Source: Alphaproteobacteria bacterium (GTDB taxonomy: Bacteria; Pseudomonadota; Alphaproteobacteria; Rhizobiales; GCA-2746425). From it: 64,000 nt of DNA. How positions within the stretch are numbered: position 1 is the stretch's first letter; every line of letters begins with the position of its first letter. The notes under the pieces are model-generated. The model did not search any database, was not told the origin of the DNA, and was given only the letters and a program-made list of their open reading frames with translations. The stretch lies in NCBI GenBank assembly GCA_024743215.1, contig JANSWZ010000006.1, positions 223,627 through 287,626 of the forward strand. The letters are read 5' to 3'. This document shows positions 46,671 to 56,741 of this stretch, in pieces. A program made the translations under genes and the position numbers.

Positions 46671-48105
46671 CCCGCATGTGGTCGCCCCGGCAAGGATCAT
46701 TCACGAATGGCAGAATGATCGACGGAGGCTGTTGGTCGATGGCGTAAAGCAATCTATGTCACGTTCTTTTGTGCGTAGTTTTCTATTCACTGCATTGCCG
46801 ATTACTGCACAAGCGCTCATGGCCTCGTCCCGCACGGTTTTTGATGTCTTCATGACCTCAAGCCTCGGTGCGGAGGAGGTAGCGGTCGTCGGCTATGGTA
46901 GTCGTATTGTCTTTATCTTGATTCTGCTTGTTCTGGGCATCTGCAACGGCGCGGGCGTCGTTATCGCGCAGTTCTACGGCGGTGGATCAGAAATGCGGGC
47001 AAAGCATGCGGTCGGCACAACAATACTTTTGTCTTTCGCGATTTCGCTCATTGGCCTCAGTTCCATTTACCTGTTATCAGGGCCGCTGGCAGTGTGGTCG
47101 AGCACTGATCCAGCCGTCCAGCAACTCACACTCGATTACTTGCTTCCTGCCAGTGCGATGGTCCTGCCTTTTTCCATCGCCTTTGCAATCGCTGTGGGAC
47201 TTCGCAGCGTGGGCAAACCTATTCTTGCCACATGGGCTTCCCTGGTCGGTCTAGTCAGCAATGTCGCCCTTAACTACGCTCTGATTTTCGGCAATCTCGG
47301 CGCACCGGCACTGGGTGTACAGGGCGCGGCCTACGCCTCGGCAATAAGCTTTGTGATTGAAGCTCTGGTTGTCGGAGTTTGCGTGGTTCTGTTCTATGAC
47401 CGCGCTCTTTTCTCCGCAGGTCGTGTGATGTGCTATCTGAACGTAGACACAATCCGCAAAACGTTGCGCATCGGGTTACCAATCGCATTCGGCTCTGTCG
47501 TTTGGGCCATCGGTATCTTCGCATATAGCATCCTCTCCGCAATGGCAGGTACTGTGCCATTGGCTGTGCTGGCGCTGGTCACCCCGATTGAATCTTTGGC
47601 CATTGCCGTGCTCATCGGGCTGTCTTCCACAACCAATGTGATCGTTGGTCAAGCCCTTGGCCAAGCTCACTTTCGCCGTGCCACAGTGGATGCAATTGCT
47701 CTGCTGGTCTGGACACTTGGCGCATCTTTGCTGATGAGTTTGCTATTGCTCGCGTTAAAGCCGGCAATTCTGTTGCTGTACGCCGGAGCCGGAACCGACG
47801 TACTTGCCGTCGCCGACCAAGTGTTCACGGTTTTGGCAGCGGTGCTGGTGTTCCGATCACTCAATGTCACCCTCATCGTCGGTGTCTTGCGTGCTGGCGG
47901 TGACACAGCATCACCAATTGTGATTGATCTTACTGCTCAATGGCTCGTGGCGATCCCGATTGCTTACTTGTGCATCGTGGTTTTTGCACTACCGTTCCCG
48001 TTGGTTTTCCTTGCGTTCAACAGTGAAGAAATGGCCAGACAGGTGATGGCACTCTTTCGCTTTCGTCAGTTCAAATGGCTCAGGCGGATTGCACCAGATT
48101 CCTGA
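46645..48105 (+). CDS. MATE-family efflux transporter (start uncertain: 46645, 46663 or 46756)
   Basis: 12-TM protein with an N-terminal ...FTALPITAQALM... and a repeated MATE half-domain pattern. Confidence 0.8.
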   Translation: MFEKPNMNDPHVVAPARIIHEWQNDRRRLLVDGVKQSMSRSFVRSFLFTALPITAQALMASSRTVFDVFMTSSLGAEEVAVVGYGSRIVFILILLVLGICNGAGVVIAQFYGGGSEMRAKHAVGTTILLSFAISLIGLSSIYLLSGPLAVWSSTDPAVQQLTLDYLLPASAMVLPFSIAFAIAVGLRSVGKPILATWASLVGLVSNVALNYALIFGNLGAPALGVQGAAYASAISFVIEALVVGVCVVLFYDRALFSAGRVMCYLNVDTIRKTLRIGLPIAFGSVVWAIGIFAYSILSAMAGTVPLAVLALVTPIESLAIAVLIGLSSTTNVIVGQALGQAHFRRATVDAIALLVWTLGASLLMSLLLLALKPAILLLYAGAGTDVLAVADQVFTVLAAVLVFRSLNVTLIVGVLRAGGDTASPIVIDLTAQWLVAIPIAYLCIVVFALPFPLVFLAFNSEEMARQVMALFRFRQFKWLRRIAPDS

Positions 48106-48345
48106 TGGCACGGTTGCCATCGCCTCGCCCAATTTTGATGAAGTGGCCGGACACTGCCGAAGTAGGCCACATAAGAAGGACCTGCTCTGCCAGCGGGCCA
48201 TCAGCACCCATTGTGCAACTGTTTCAGACAGCACCTTGAAATTGGTTTTTTTAACGCTTTATTTGATTGTAAGGGCGCAATTGAGAAACTGAGTTGGATC
48301 AGACTCCCCCTCGCCCTCAAAGCTCAAAAAAATTAAAGGACCACC

Positions 48346-49137
48346 ATGAAGCCAACACACAGGCAGACGTCTAGACGCGCTATGGCAGGAGGGACCACAT
48401 TGTTGGTCTCCATGTGCTTGAGCGCCGCATCGGCACAAGAGGTTCTGGCGCCGGGCCTGGAATTTGAATTGGGTGCCGGAGTGCTCACAGCCCCCACCTA
48501 CGAAGGCTCAAAAGACTACAAGGTTTCACCTTTTCCACTCTTCAATTTTGGCTATCTGGCCACCAGAAACGGCTTCACACTTGGTGGCGGCGATGGACAA
48601 GGCCTGTCTGCACGTCCGTCATTTCGTTATCTGGGACCCCGTGAAGCATCAGACCATTCTGAGCTCACGGGCCTGGAAGATACAGACGCAGCGCTCGAGT
48701 TGGGCGCCGGTGTGGCTTACACGATGGGCGCGGCCAACGCATTTACTGACATTCGCTATGGCGTAACCGGCCACAATGGATTTGTCGGCGAATTTGGGGC
48801 CGACTATGTGATGCGTCCTGAAGCCAATACGACCATTACTGTTGGACCACGGGTCTCTTGGGCCTCCGGCAATTACATGGAAGAATATTTCAGTGTGAGC
48901 GCAGCCGAAAGCGGGGCATCAGGGCTCGATCAATTCGATGCAGATGCTGGTTTCAAATCCATCGGTCTGGAAGCCTCTGTGCGGCACGACTTCAATGAAA
49001 ACTGGGCTGTTGAAACAGGCGCCGGCTACAACAGACTTGTCGGTGATGCGGCAGATTCTCCCATAACCGATGTGGGATCAAAGGATCAGTTCAGCGGCAA
49101 GATTGGCATCGTGCGCAAGTTCCGCTTCGACTTCTAA
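48346..49137 (+). CDS. MipA/OmpV-family outer-membrane protein
   Basis: Signal peptide. APTYEGSKDYKVSPFPLFNFGY motif. C-terminal ...FRFDF. Confidence 0.75.
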   Translation: MKPTHRQTSRRAMAGGTTLLVSMCLSAASAQEVLAPGLEFELGAGVLTAPTYEGSKDYKVSPFPLFNFGYLATRNGFTLGGGDGQGLSARPSFRYLGPREASDHSELTGLEDTDAALELGAGVAYTMGAANAFTDIRYGVTGHNGFVGEFGADYVMRPEANTTITVGPRVSWASGNYMEEYFSVSAAESGASGLDQFDADAGFKSIGLEASVRHDFNENWAVETGAGYNRLVGDAADSPITDVGSKDQFSGKIGIVRKFRFDF

Positions 49138-49165
49138 ACCCGGGAACATTTTTGTTCAGACGCAA

Positions 49166-49192
49166 AAAGGGCGGCCCGTTGGACCGCCCTTT
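49166..49192. terminator. Bidirectional rho-independent terminator-like hairpin
   Basis: AAAGGGCGG-cccgttgga-CCGCCCTTT: a 9-bp stem flanked by an A-run and a T-run, between convergent genes. Confidence 0.55.
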
Positions 49193-49212
49193 CCGATCAT
49201 AGCTTGGGAGAC

Positions 49213-50331
49213 TTATTTGCCCCAGATTTTCTTGTACTCGTCACGATAACCATTACCCGGGTCAAAGCTGTTTTTGTCGCCACCATCAAACGCGATGTTT
49301 TCGCTGGTCACCACATGCAATGGGGATGTGTAGCCGGACCATTCTGCGCCCTGCATGGCGCGGTTCAACTCATCGACCAACTGCCAGCCCTGCAGATTAA
49401 GCGGCTCGGCAACGGTGACTGACTGATACTGGTTGGCGCGAATGCGCTGATAGGCACTTTCAGATCCATCACCGGCAGCAACCTGTTTCGGTTGACCATC
49501 ACCCTTGATGCCAGCTGCGGCAAGAGCCGGGCTCATGAAATCAAAATAGATGTCATTGATGGCAAGGCTGTGGGTCCATTTGTCACCATAACGCTGCAGC
49601 AGAGCAGTGGTCAGGGTCGGCATGCGGTTGGAGGTTTCGGCAATCGGTGTATCGACATATTCCAGAACCGTGCCGCCCAGCTCTTCAATGGTTTCCTTGA
49701 TGCGGTCCGCTTTGGCAATGGCAATGGCATAGGTGGAATCGGTGAAGATGATCACACCCGGCTTGCCACCGGCATCCGCAAACGCCCATTGCGCAGAAGC
49801 TGCCGACACTTCCATCGCATCGGTTGAGACATTGACGAAGACACCGATGTCAGGGTTGGGGCCAATAACAGGTGAGGAATGCCAGCTGACCAGCGGTATA
49901 CCGGCGGCCTTGGCGGCATCCATGCCGACCTGTTGCTCAACGGAGTCAAATCCGTTGATGATGATACCGTCCGGCTGCAGCGCCAAAGCCTGACCGAAGG
50001 ATGCGGTACGGCCAGAGACTGTACCAGCACCATCCAGCACCCGAACGGTCCAGCCAATGGCAGCAGCAGCTTCTTCAACACCATTCGTGGTGCCAAGAAT
50101 GCCGCCATTTTTCAAATCGCCTGCCAGCACCACAATGGTTTTGCCTTCAGCAGCTTTGGGACCGGTGGTTGGTCCGTCCCATTCCAGTTTCTGTCCGGCA
50201 TGGCGTTTGACCATGTCCATGGCATCCGAAACCTTGTCCGCATGGGCTGGCACGGCAACGCCCAGCATCAGCAGACCTGCAATAAATGATCTTCTCAGCA
50301 TAGTTTCCTCCAGGATAATCAGCTTATTCAA
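49213..50331 (-). CDS. Sugar ABC transporter periplasmic binding protein (RbsB/CUT2 type)
   Basis: Signal peptide, a type I PBP fold pattern, and adjacency to the RbsC/RbsA-like genes. Confidence 0.85.
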   Translation of the reverse strand: MNKLIILEETMLRRSFIAGLLMLGVAVPAHADKVSDAMDMVKRHAGQKLEWDGPTTGPKAAEGKTIVVLAGDLKNGGILGTTNGVEEAAAAIGWTVRVLDGAGTVSGRTASFGQALALQPDGIIINGFDSVEQQVGMDAAKAAGIPLVSWHSSPVIGPNPDIGVFVNVSTDAMEVSAASAQWAFADAGGKPGVIIFTDSTYAIAIAKADRIKETIEELGGTVLEYVDTPIAETSNRMPTLTTALLQRYGDKWTHSLAINDIYFDFMSPALAAAGIKGDGQPKQVAAGDGSESAYQRIRANQYQSVTVAEPLNLQGWQLVDELNRAMQGAEWSGYTSPLHVVTSENIAFDGGDKNSFDPGNGYRDEYKKIWGK

Positions 50332-50447
50332 AAGCTCGTTTCAGGTGCCCATCCGGACCCCTTTGTTATAGATCCGCCTCCCAGCGCATCTGATATCTGC
50401 AGCCCACCGGGCCGCTTTATTTGAGGCCGCGCACACACGGCCAAAAT

Positions 50448-51470
50448 CTACTTTTTTGCAGCACCCTTGCGGCGTTGGGCATAGCCGGCGATGCCAATCG
50501 CCACCAGCAAGGTGACCCCGTTGAACATCGGTTCCACCCAGAAGGAGCCACCAATTTGTTGAATGCCGGAAATGCCGACGGCCAGAATTGTGACGCCCAC
50601 AATGGTGCCCCAGACATTCACCCGTCCGGGTTTGATTGTGGTGGAGCCCAAAAACGCCCCAACCAGTGCAGGCAGGAGATATTCAAGGCCAACACTGGCT
50701 TGGCCGATGCGCAATTTTGAAGCCAGCAAGACACCGGCCAGCGCAGCCAGAACACCTGAGGTCACAAAAGCACCGACTACAAATTTGCGTGTGGGAATTC
50801 CGTTCAGTTCGGCAGCGCGCGGATTGGCCCCAATGGAATACAGATACCGGCCAATGGGCGTGTATTCCAGGATCAGCCACATCGCCAATGTGATCGCCAG
50901 AACGTAATAGCCAGTAATCGGAAGGCCGAAAACAAAGGTGCCATTGAGGGCATAAAACCCTTCTGGCAAGACACCGACGACCTGACGGCCACCTGTGTGC
51001 CACAGCGCCAGGGCATACAGCACAGTACCGGTACCCAGCGTTGCAATGAACGCATCAATCTTGGCGACTTCCACAAGCAGACCGTTGAGAAATCCAACGG
51101 CCGCACCCAGCAGCAGCACAATGATAACGGCCATCGGCCATGGAATGCCATAGAGGGTCTGCAGCGAGATCGCCAGAATGTGCCACAGCACAATGCCATA
51201 GCCGACCGTCAGATCGATGCGACCCGCCACCATCGGTATCATCGCAGCCAGACTGAGCAGAGCAATGATCGACTTGTCCGAAACAATAGCGCGCAGATTG
51301 AGAAGGGTCGGAAACGTGTTCGGCAGCAAGACGGAGAACAGGATTATCAATCCGAACATCAGAATGACCAGACCGTAAACCGGGGCCAGCCTAATCAGAC
51401 GGGTCGACAGGGATTGGCCCGCCAGTTCCGCTTTGGTTGGCTCCAGCGCATTTGATTCAATGGACTGCAT
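50448..51470 (-). CDS. Sugar ABC transporter permease (RbsC/CUT2 type)
   Basis: 340 aa polytopic protein with branched-chain/ribose-type permease motifs. Confidence 0.85.
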   Translation of the reverse strand: MQSIESNALEPTKAELAGQSLSTRLIRLAPVYGLVILMFGLIILFSVLLPNTFPTLLNLRAIVSDKSIIALLSLAAMIPMVAGRIDLTVGYGIVLWHILAISLQTLYGIPWPMAVIIVLLLGAAVGFLNGLLVEVAKIDAFIATLGTGTVLYALALWHTGGRQVVGVLPEGFYALNGTFVFGLPITGYYVLAITLAMWLILEYTPIGRYLYSIGANPRAAELNGIPTRKFVVGAFVTSGVLAALAGVLLASKLRIGQASVGLEYLLPALVGAFLGSTTIKPGRVNVWGTIVGVTILAVGISGIQQIGGSFWVEPMFNGVTLLVAIGIAGYAQRRKGAAKK

Positions 51471-52986
51471 GATCGGTCTCTCCGCTAGTGGCCGCGCCGG
51501 TCTCGCCGGTAGATGCTGCCTGGATCAGGGATTCGGTGGATAGTTCAACGCCGGATAATTCACTGACAATCTGACCGCGGCTGAACACAATGGCGCGGTG
51601 GCAAATGGCGGCGACTTCTTCAAAATCAGTCGACACAACAAGAACGCCCATGCCGGAGGCCAACGCATTGTACAGCAGATTATAGATCTCGGCTTTGGCG
51701 CCCACATCAACGCCCGCCGTCGGATCTTCTGCGATGAGAAATTTCCGGTTGGTGCCAAGCCAGCGTCCGACCACAACTTTCTGCTGATTGCCCCCGGACA
51801 GGGCTTCAATGGCAAGGGTGGGATCATTCGGGCTGAGTCCGACAAGCTCGCCCAACGCTTTGGCCTGCACCGCTTCTTTTGACGGTAAAAGAAGGCTCAG
51901 CGGTGTCCGACCTGAAGCAGCAGGATTGATAAAAGCGTTTTCCCGAATGGTCAGAACCGGAGCGATGGATTCCACGACCCGGTCTCGCGCCACAAAGCCA
52001 AAACCGCTTTCCATGGCTCTGCGTGGTGACGACAGATCGGGCGTCTTGCCATCCAGAACAATCTCGCCCTGATGTGCAATCACACCAAACAGACTGCGGC
52101 CAACATCCTCATGCCCCGCTCCGCGCAAGCCGACAATGCCAAGCAGCTCACCATTGCGAACCGACAAATCAATCGGGCCAACAGTGTCTGTGCTCAGGCC
52201 TTTCACCGTCAGAATTTCACCGCCGGTCTGAATGACGGGTTTTGAAATTTCGCGGGTTTTGCGGCCAACAATCAGACTGACAAGCTCTTCCGGAGTGGTA
52301 TGGGCAACATCACGCACACCCACCAGATTGCCATCACGAAGAACAGACACACGGTCCGCAATACGAAACACCTCATCCAGCCGGTGCGAGACATAGATCA
52401 TGCCCACACCCTTCTGGCGCAATGGACGCAACGCGGTGAACAGGCGCTCAACCTCGTCAGCCGGCAGACTGGCCGTTGGTTCATCCAACACCAGAAAATC
52501 GCACTCAACAGCCAGTGCACGGGCAATGGCAACCAGTGACTTTTCCGTCCGGCTCAGGCTGGAAACGCGGGCAGAGGGGTCAAAATCACAATCCACCAGT
52601 TTCAGCGCAGCCGCCGCTGTGGCCTCCGCCTTGTTCCAGTCAATCATTCCGAATTTTCGTGAGTAGCCAATGGCCAGCGCAATGTTTTCCGCAACACTCA
52701 TCCATTCAATCAGACCCAGGTCCTGATGGATAAAAGCAACCGCTTGTTTTTCATTGATGCGGCCTGGCGCATGGGCGTAGTCAGCCCCGTCAATCAATAC
52801 GCGTCCGCTGTCTGGTTTGTGAATGCCGCCAAGGACTTTGATGAGCGTGGATTTGCCAGCCCCGTTTTCGCCGAGAAGCGCTACAATCTCGCCACGGTCC
52901 ACATGCATGGACACGCCGCCCAGCGCCTGCGTTCCGCCAAACGACTTTTGAATACGATCAAAAAAGAGCCCGCTATCCGGTCTCAT
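51457..52986 (-). CDS. Sugar ABC transporter ATP-binding protein, duplicated NBD (RbsA type)
   Basis: Two NBDs (GENGAGKST ... LSRTEKSLVAIARAL ... LSGGNQQKVVVGRWL). Start set at the ATG preceded by GGGAGGAAG. Confidence 0.9.
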   Translation of the reverse strand: MRPDSGLFFDRIQKSFGGTQALGGVSMHVDRGEIVALLGENGAGKSTLIKVLGGIHKPDSGRVLIDGADYAHAPGRINEKQAVAFIHQDLGLIEWMSVAENIALAIGYSRKFGMIDWNKAEATAAAALKLVDCDFDPSARVSSLSRTEKSLVAIARALAVECDFLVLDEPTASLPADEVERLFTALRPLRQKGVGMIYVSHRLDEVFRIADRVSVLRDGNLVGVRDVAHTTPEELVSLIVGRKTREISKPVIQTGGEILTVKGLSTDTVGPIDLSVRNGELLGIVGLRGAGHEDVGRSLFGVIAHQGEIVLDGKTPDLSSPRRAMESGFGFVARDRVVESIAPVLTIRENAFINPAASGRTPLSLLLPSKEAVQAKALGELVGLSPNDPTLAIEALSGGNQQKVVVGRWLGTNRKFLIAEDPTAGVDVGAKAEIYNLLYNALASGMGVLVVSTDFEEVAAICHRAIVFSRGQIVSELSGVELSTESLIQAASTGETGAATSGETDHAVH

Positions 52987-53027
52987 ATCGCAACTTCCTC
53001 CCACTCAGTTCCGGTATTTCTTGACAA

Positions 53028-53043
53028 ACGTTACCGGTAACCT
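53028..53043. promoter_or_regulatory. GntR/IdnR(LacI-family)-type operator ACGTTA-CCGG-TAACCT
   Basis: 10/12 match to ATGTTA-N4-TAACAT; the core GTTACCGGTAAC is a perfect palindrome. It lies directly after a TTGACA hexamer (53021-53026) in the divergent ABC/LacI control region. Confidence 0.6.
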
Positions 53044-53084
53044 AGTGTAACTTTCATCACGGTGCTTCCAGAGTCAAGCGGAAA

Positions 53085-53100
53085 ATGTTATCGGTAACGT
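53085..53100. promoter_or_regulatory. GntR/IdnR-type operator ATGTTA-TCGG-TAACGT
   Basis: 11/12 match to ATGTTA-N4-TAACAT, 25 nt upstream of the LacI-family gene ATG. Confidence 0.65.
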
Positions 53101-53124
53101 AACCCTGAGATCAGCTTGGAAACA

Positions 53125-54153
53125 ATGTCGAAAAAGACATCAAAATCGCCCAGAAAACTAGGTGCCAATCTTGCACAGATTGCAGATGCAGCTGGTGTTT
53201 CCAAGATGACAGTATCCCGCATCCTGCGTGACAGTGGTGGTTTTTCTGAGGAAACCCGTGAACGGGTCATGCGCGAGATTGATCGGCTTGGTTACGTACC
53301 AAACCGCCTTGCAGCAACTTTTGGATCGGAAGCTGCCTCAACATTGGTTGGTGTTTGCGTGCCACGCGTGACCAGCCGCCTGTATGGCGAGGTTCTGGAA
53401 AGCATTGACCGCACCCTTTTCCGCTTCGGTTATCAGACCATGATCGGGGTCAATGATGAATTGCCCGATGTGGAAGAAAAATGGCTGCGCGGTTTGCTGT
53501 CCTGGCGGCCTGCCGGTGTCATCCTGTCTGGCAGAAGTCACTCCTCTGCCACCTTGGAGCTGCTCAAGGCCACCTCTATCCCAGTCGTCGAAATCTGGGA
53601 CCTCAACACAAGCCCACTGGATGTTTCTGTCGGCTTCAACCATTTTGATTGTGGCCATGAAATGGGTCAGTTTCTGATTGGCCGCGGGCGACGGCGGCTT
53701 GGCTATGTCGGCATTCAGCCCAGCACCACCACCATGGGATCAATCCGCTCCGAAGGATTTCAAAAGGCCCTGTCTTCAGCCGGTCACCCACTGGTTGCCT
53801 CGGAGTTGCTCCATGATAAATCCAGTTTTTATGCCGGCTATTACGGTACGGAAAATTTGCTGAGCCGGGAAAGCAATCTCGACGGCATCTATTATCAGGA
53901 TGATGAAATGGCCATCGGGGGGCTGTTTTTCTGCCAGGCCCGCAACATAGATGTTCCGGGCCAATTGGCCATCGCCGGATGGGGCGGCATGGAAGCCGCC
54001 TCAATCCTGCCTCAGCGCCTTACCACCACCATGGTGTCCACACAGGGCGTCGGAAAACAGGCTGCAGAGTTGCTGGTTGCGCGTCTGCGCGATGAACCCT
54101 GCAAGGATGTGGTGGTTGTCCCTACCCGGCTCGTTCCCGGCGCAACAGCATAG
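53125..54153 (+). CDS. LacI-family transcriptional regulator (GntR/IdnR-like gluconate/idonate repressor)
   Basis: HTH (ANLAQIADAAGVSKMTVSRILR) plus a PBP-type effector domain. Start set at ATG 53125; the track ORF uses TTG 53116. Confidence 0.85.
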   Translation: MSKKTSKSPRKLGANLAQIADAAGVSKMTVSRILRDSGGFSEETRERVMREIDRLGYVPNRLAATFGSEAASTLVGVCVPRVTSRLYGEVLESIDRTLFRFGYQTMIGVNDELPDVEEKWLRGLLSWRPAGVILSGRSHSSATLELLKATSIPVVEIWDLNTSPLDVSVGFNHFDCGHEMGQFLIGRGRRRLGYVGIQPSTTTMGSIRSEGFQKALSSAGHPLVASELLHDKSSFYAGYYGTENLLSRESNLDGIYYQDDEMAIGGLFFCQARNIDVPGQLAIAGWGGMEAASILPQRLTTTMVSTQGVGKQAAELLVARLRDEPCKDVVVVPTRLVPGATA

Positions 54154-54172
54154 GGCCGAAATACCTTGTCCG

Positions 54173-55075
54173 CTACGGCCATTGCACCCCTTGCCGGTTC
54201 AGGCTGATCATATAAACACTGGTCGAAGCGGTGATGAACAGCTGATGTTTTGACCGACCGCCAAAGCACACATTGGACACCAGTTCGGGAACCAGAACCT
54301 TGCCGATCAACGCGCCCGATGGGTTGATGCAATGAACACCATCGGCTGCAGACGACCAAAGATTGCCATCACTGTCCAGCCGAAAGCCATCGGCAAATCC
54401 TTCGCTGATCTGGTGAAACACATCACCACCTCTCAGACGATTATCCGCATCCACATCAAACACACGGATATGTCGCTCGGCATCTTCGTCAAAGATCGCG
54501 CCCGTATCGGCCACATAGAGCTTGTCTTCATTGGGTGAAAAGGCAAGACCATTGGGACCGGCAAAGTCGGTCAGCACAACATTGATAGTGCCTTTGGACG
54601 GATCAACCCGATAAACCTGACAAGGCAGTTCCTGCTCGGATTTGAACCCCTCATAATTGGTCTTGATGCCGTAATGCGGATCGGTAAACCAGATGGTGCC
54701 ATCGGATTTCACAACAACATCATTTGGTGAATTCAGCCGCTTGCCGTCAAAACTGTCGGCAATCACGGTGACCGAGCCATCTGCTGCTGTGCGCGTAACG
54801 CGCCGTGTTCCATGCTCGCAGGAAATCAACCGCCCCTGACGGTCCCGCGTATGCCCATTGGAATAGTTTGACGGCTCGCGATAAATGCTTGTGCCAAGTC
54901 CGGGTATCCAGCGCATGATCCGGTTATTGGGAATGTCTGAAAACAACAGGCAATTGGCATCACCAAACCAAACCGGCCCTTCAACCCAGTCAAACCCTGT
55001 GGCAATTTGCTTGACCGGCGCGTTTCCCAGCACAAAACTGCCAAAGGATTTATCCAGAACCTCAAAAAACGCCAT
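54173..55075 (-). CDS. SMP-30/gluconolactonase/LRE-family hydrolase
   Basis: WVEGPVW....LLFSDIPNNRI..W and six-bladed propeller repeats (PNDVVV..DG.IWFTDP, PNGLAFSP). Confidence 0.85.
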   Translation of the reverse strand: MAFFEVLDKSFGSFVLGNAPVKQIATGFDWVEGPVWFGDANCLLFSDIPNNRIMRWIPGLGTSIYREPSNYSNGHTRDRQGRLISCEHGTRRVTRTAADGSVTVIADSFDGKRLNSPNDVVVKSDGTIWFTDPHYGIKTNYEGFKSEQELPCQVYRVDPSKGTINVVLTDFAGPNGLAFSPNEDKLYVADTGAIFDEDAERHIRVFDVDADNRLRGGDVFHQISEGFADGFRLDSDGNLWSSAADGVHCINPSGALIGKVLVPELVSNVCFGGRSKHQLFITASTSVYMISLNRQGVQWP

Positions 55076-55111
55076 ACAACTCTACCCTTTTTGTATCAAT
55101 TCACGACAAAC

Positions 55112-55127
55112 ATGTTACCGATATCAT
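55112..55127. promoter_or_regulatory. GntR/IdnR-type operator ATGTTA-CCGA-TATCAT
   Basis: 11/12 match, in the 81-nt divergent spacer between the lactonase and glcG-like genes. Confidence 0.6.
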
Positions 55128-55156
55128 ATCAATCATTTTCTGCAAGGAGCCTTAGC

Positions 55157-55585
55157 ATGAGTTTCACCGCCGCCAAAACCCAACTGACCCATCAGGGCGC
55201 CATGGCAATGCTGAATGCCGCTATAGCAGAGGCCGACAAAATTGGTCAGCCTCAATGCATCGTTATTGTAGATGCCAGCGGAGAGCTTATTGCAGAAGTC
55301 AGAATGGACGGGGCCAAGTTTCTCAGCCGTAAAAGCGCTCTTTCCAAAGCCAGAACAGCGGCCTCCATTGGCGCGCCAAGCGCAGCTATTCCAGATCACA
55401 TCCGCCCCGGAATTGCCGCGGCAACCGGTGGAAGCGTTACAGGATTGCCAGGCGGGCTTCCCATCAAGATCGGTACTGACCTGCTGGGCGGTGTTGGCGT
55501 AGGCTCAGGAACCGGCGAACAGGATATTGACGTTGCCAATGCAGCCCTTGCAGCCATTGGCGCTGATAAATTTCCTCAAGCCTAG
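55157..55585 (+). CDS. GlcG/HbpS-like (DUF336) haem-binding protein
   Basis: Start at MSFTAAK. A.....A...G....I.VVD..G.L......DGA......A..KA.TA pattern. Confidence 0.75.
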   Translation: MSFTAAKTQLTHQGAMAMLNAAIAEADKIGQPQCIVIVDASGELIAEVRMDGAKFLSRKSALSKARTAASIGAPSAAIPDHIRPGIAAATGGSVTGLPGGLPIKIGTDLLGGVGVGSGTGEQDIDVANAALAAIGADKFPQA

Positions 55586-55595
55586 GGGGCGGACC

Positions 55596-56636
55596 CTAAG
55601 CGCTCTTTGCAAACTGAATTTGCGTCTTCATGGATTGGCCACGATCGGTTGCCACTTCGAAGGCTTCCACCGCGTCATCAATGCCAAATGTGTGGGAAAT
55701 CAGTGGCTTTACATCAATCTGTCCGCTTTGCATCAACTGCACAGCCGTGGCGAATTCCTCGTGGAAACGGAATGAACCGCGTAAATCCAGTTCCTTGGCG
55801 GTCAACAGCAACATCGGCAAAGTCATTTCGCCGCTCATTCCAAGCTGCATCACCACGCCGCGCGGACGCATGGCCGCCATGCCAGCTGCCAGCGCGGGGG
55901 CAGCGCCTGAACATTCAAACAACACATCAAAATAACCCTTATCCGGCTCATAGGCAGCCAAAGCATCAGGTGCTGTCACCACATTGATGGTCCGGTCCGC
56001 ACCAACTTTCTTGGCATAGGCAAGAGCCTGGTCTGACAGATCGGTCACCACAATCTCGGCAGCACCTGCCGCCCGCGCGGCCAGAATGCTAAGCGTTCCA
56101 ATGGGCCCGCTTCCGGTAATCAGAACCTTCTTGCCCAGCATTTCCCCTGCGCGCCGTGCAGCGTGAAGCGTCACCGACAAAGGCTCTGCAACAGCAGCTT
56201 CACCGGCAGTCAGGCCATTGGCCTTCACACATTGGCTGGCATCAGCAATCAGGCTTTCCTGAAAAGCACCCTGAATATGCGGGAACGGCATTGCCGAGCC
56301 ATAAAACCGCATATTGAGGCAATGATTGCGCAAACCTTGCGCACAATATTTGCAGCTTCCACACGGGCGTGATGGAGAGATTGCAACAAGATCACCAACT
56401 TCAAGCCCCTCCACCTCGTCGCCCAGAGCGCGAATATAGCCGGACACTTCATGACCCAGAATCATCGGTTCCTTGATGGTGATCGGCCCGAAGCCCCCAT
56501 GATTGTAATAGTGCAGATCAGACCCGCAGATACCGCCCGTCGCCATCGTTATGGCAACTTGCCCGGCCTGAGGGCTGGCTTCTGCACGCTCTTCGACACG
56601 CAGATCCTTGGCTTTGTGAATAACGATGGCACGCAT
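55596..56636 (-). CDS. idnD: L-idonate 5-dehydrogenase (Zn-dependent MDR)
   Basis: Strong resemblance by eye to E. coli IdnD: GGICGSDLHYY, LGHEVSG, PCGSCKYC, MRFYGSAMPFPHIQGAF, AEPLSV..HA. Confidence 0.8.
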   Translation of the reverse strand: MRAIVIHKAKDLRVEERAEASPQAGQVAITMATGGICGSDLHYYNHGGFGPITIKEPMILGHEVSGYIRALGDEVEGLEVGDLVAISPSRPCGSCKYCAQGLRNHCLNMRFYGSAMPFPHIQGAFQESLIADASQCVKANGLTAGEAAVAEPLSVTLHAARRAGEMLGKKVLITGSGPIGTLSILAARAAGAAEIVVTDLSDQALAYAKKVGADRTINVVTAPDALAAYEPDKGYFDVLFECSGAAPALAAGMAAMRPRGVVMQLGMSGEMTLPMLLLTAKELDLRGSFRFHEEFATAVQLMQSGQIDVKPLISHTFGIDDAVEAFEVATDRGQSMKTQIQFAKSA

Positions 56637-56741
56637 GATGTATGACTTTCCTGACTGGGCGGGGATTTAATCCCGTAATTGAGTTCAGACCCTAGAGCAT
56701 TTCGCAGAGAAACGCATTTTTCCGCAAAGATACCCTTGAAG

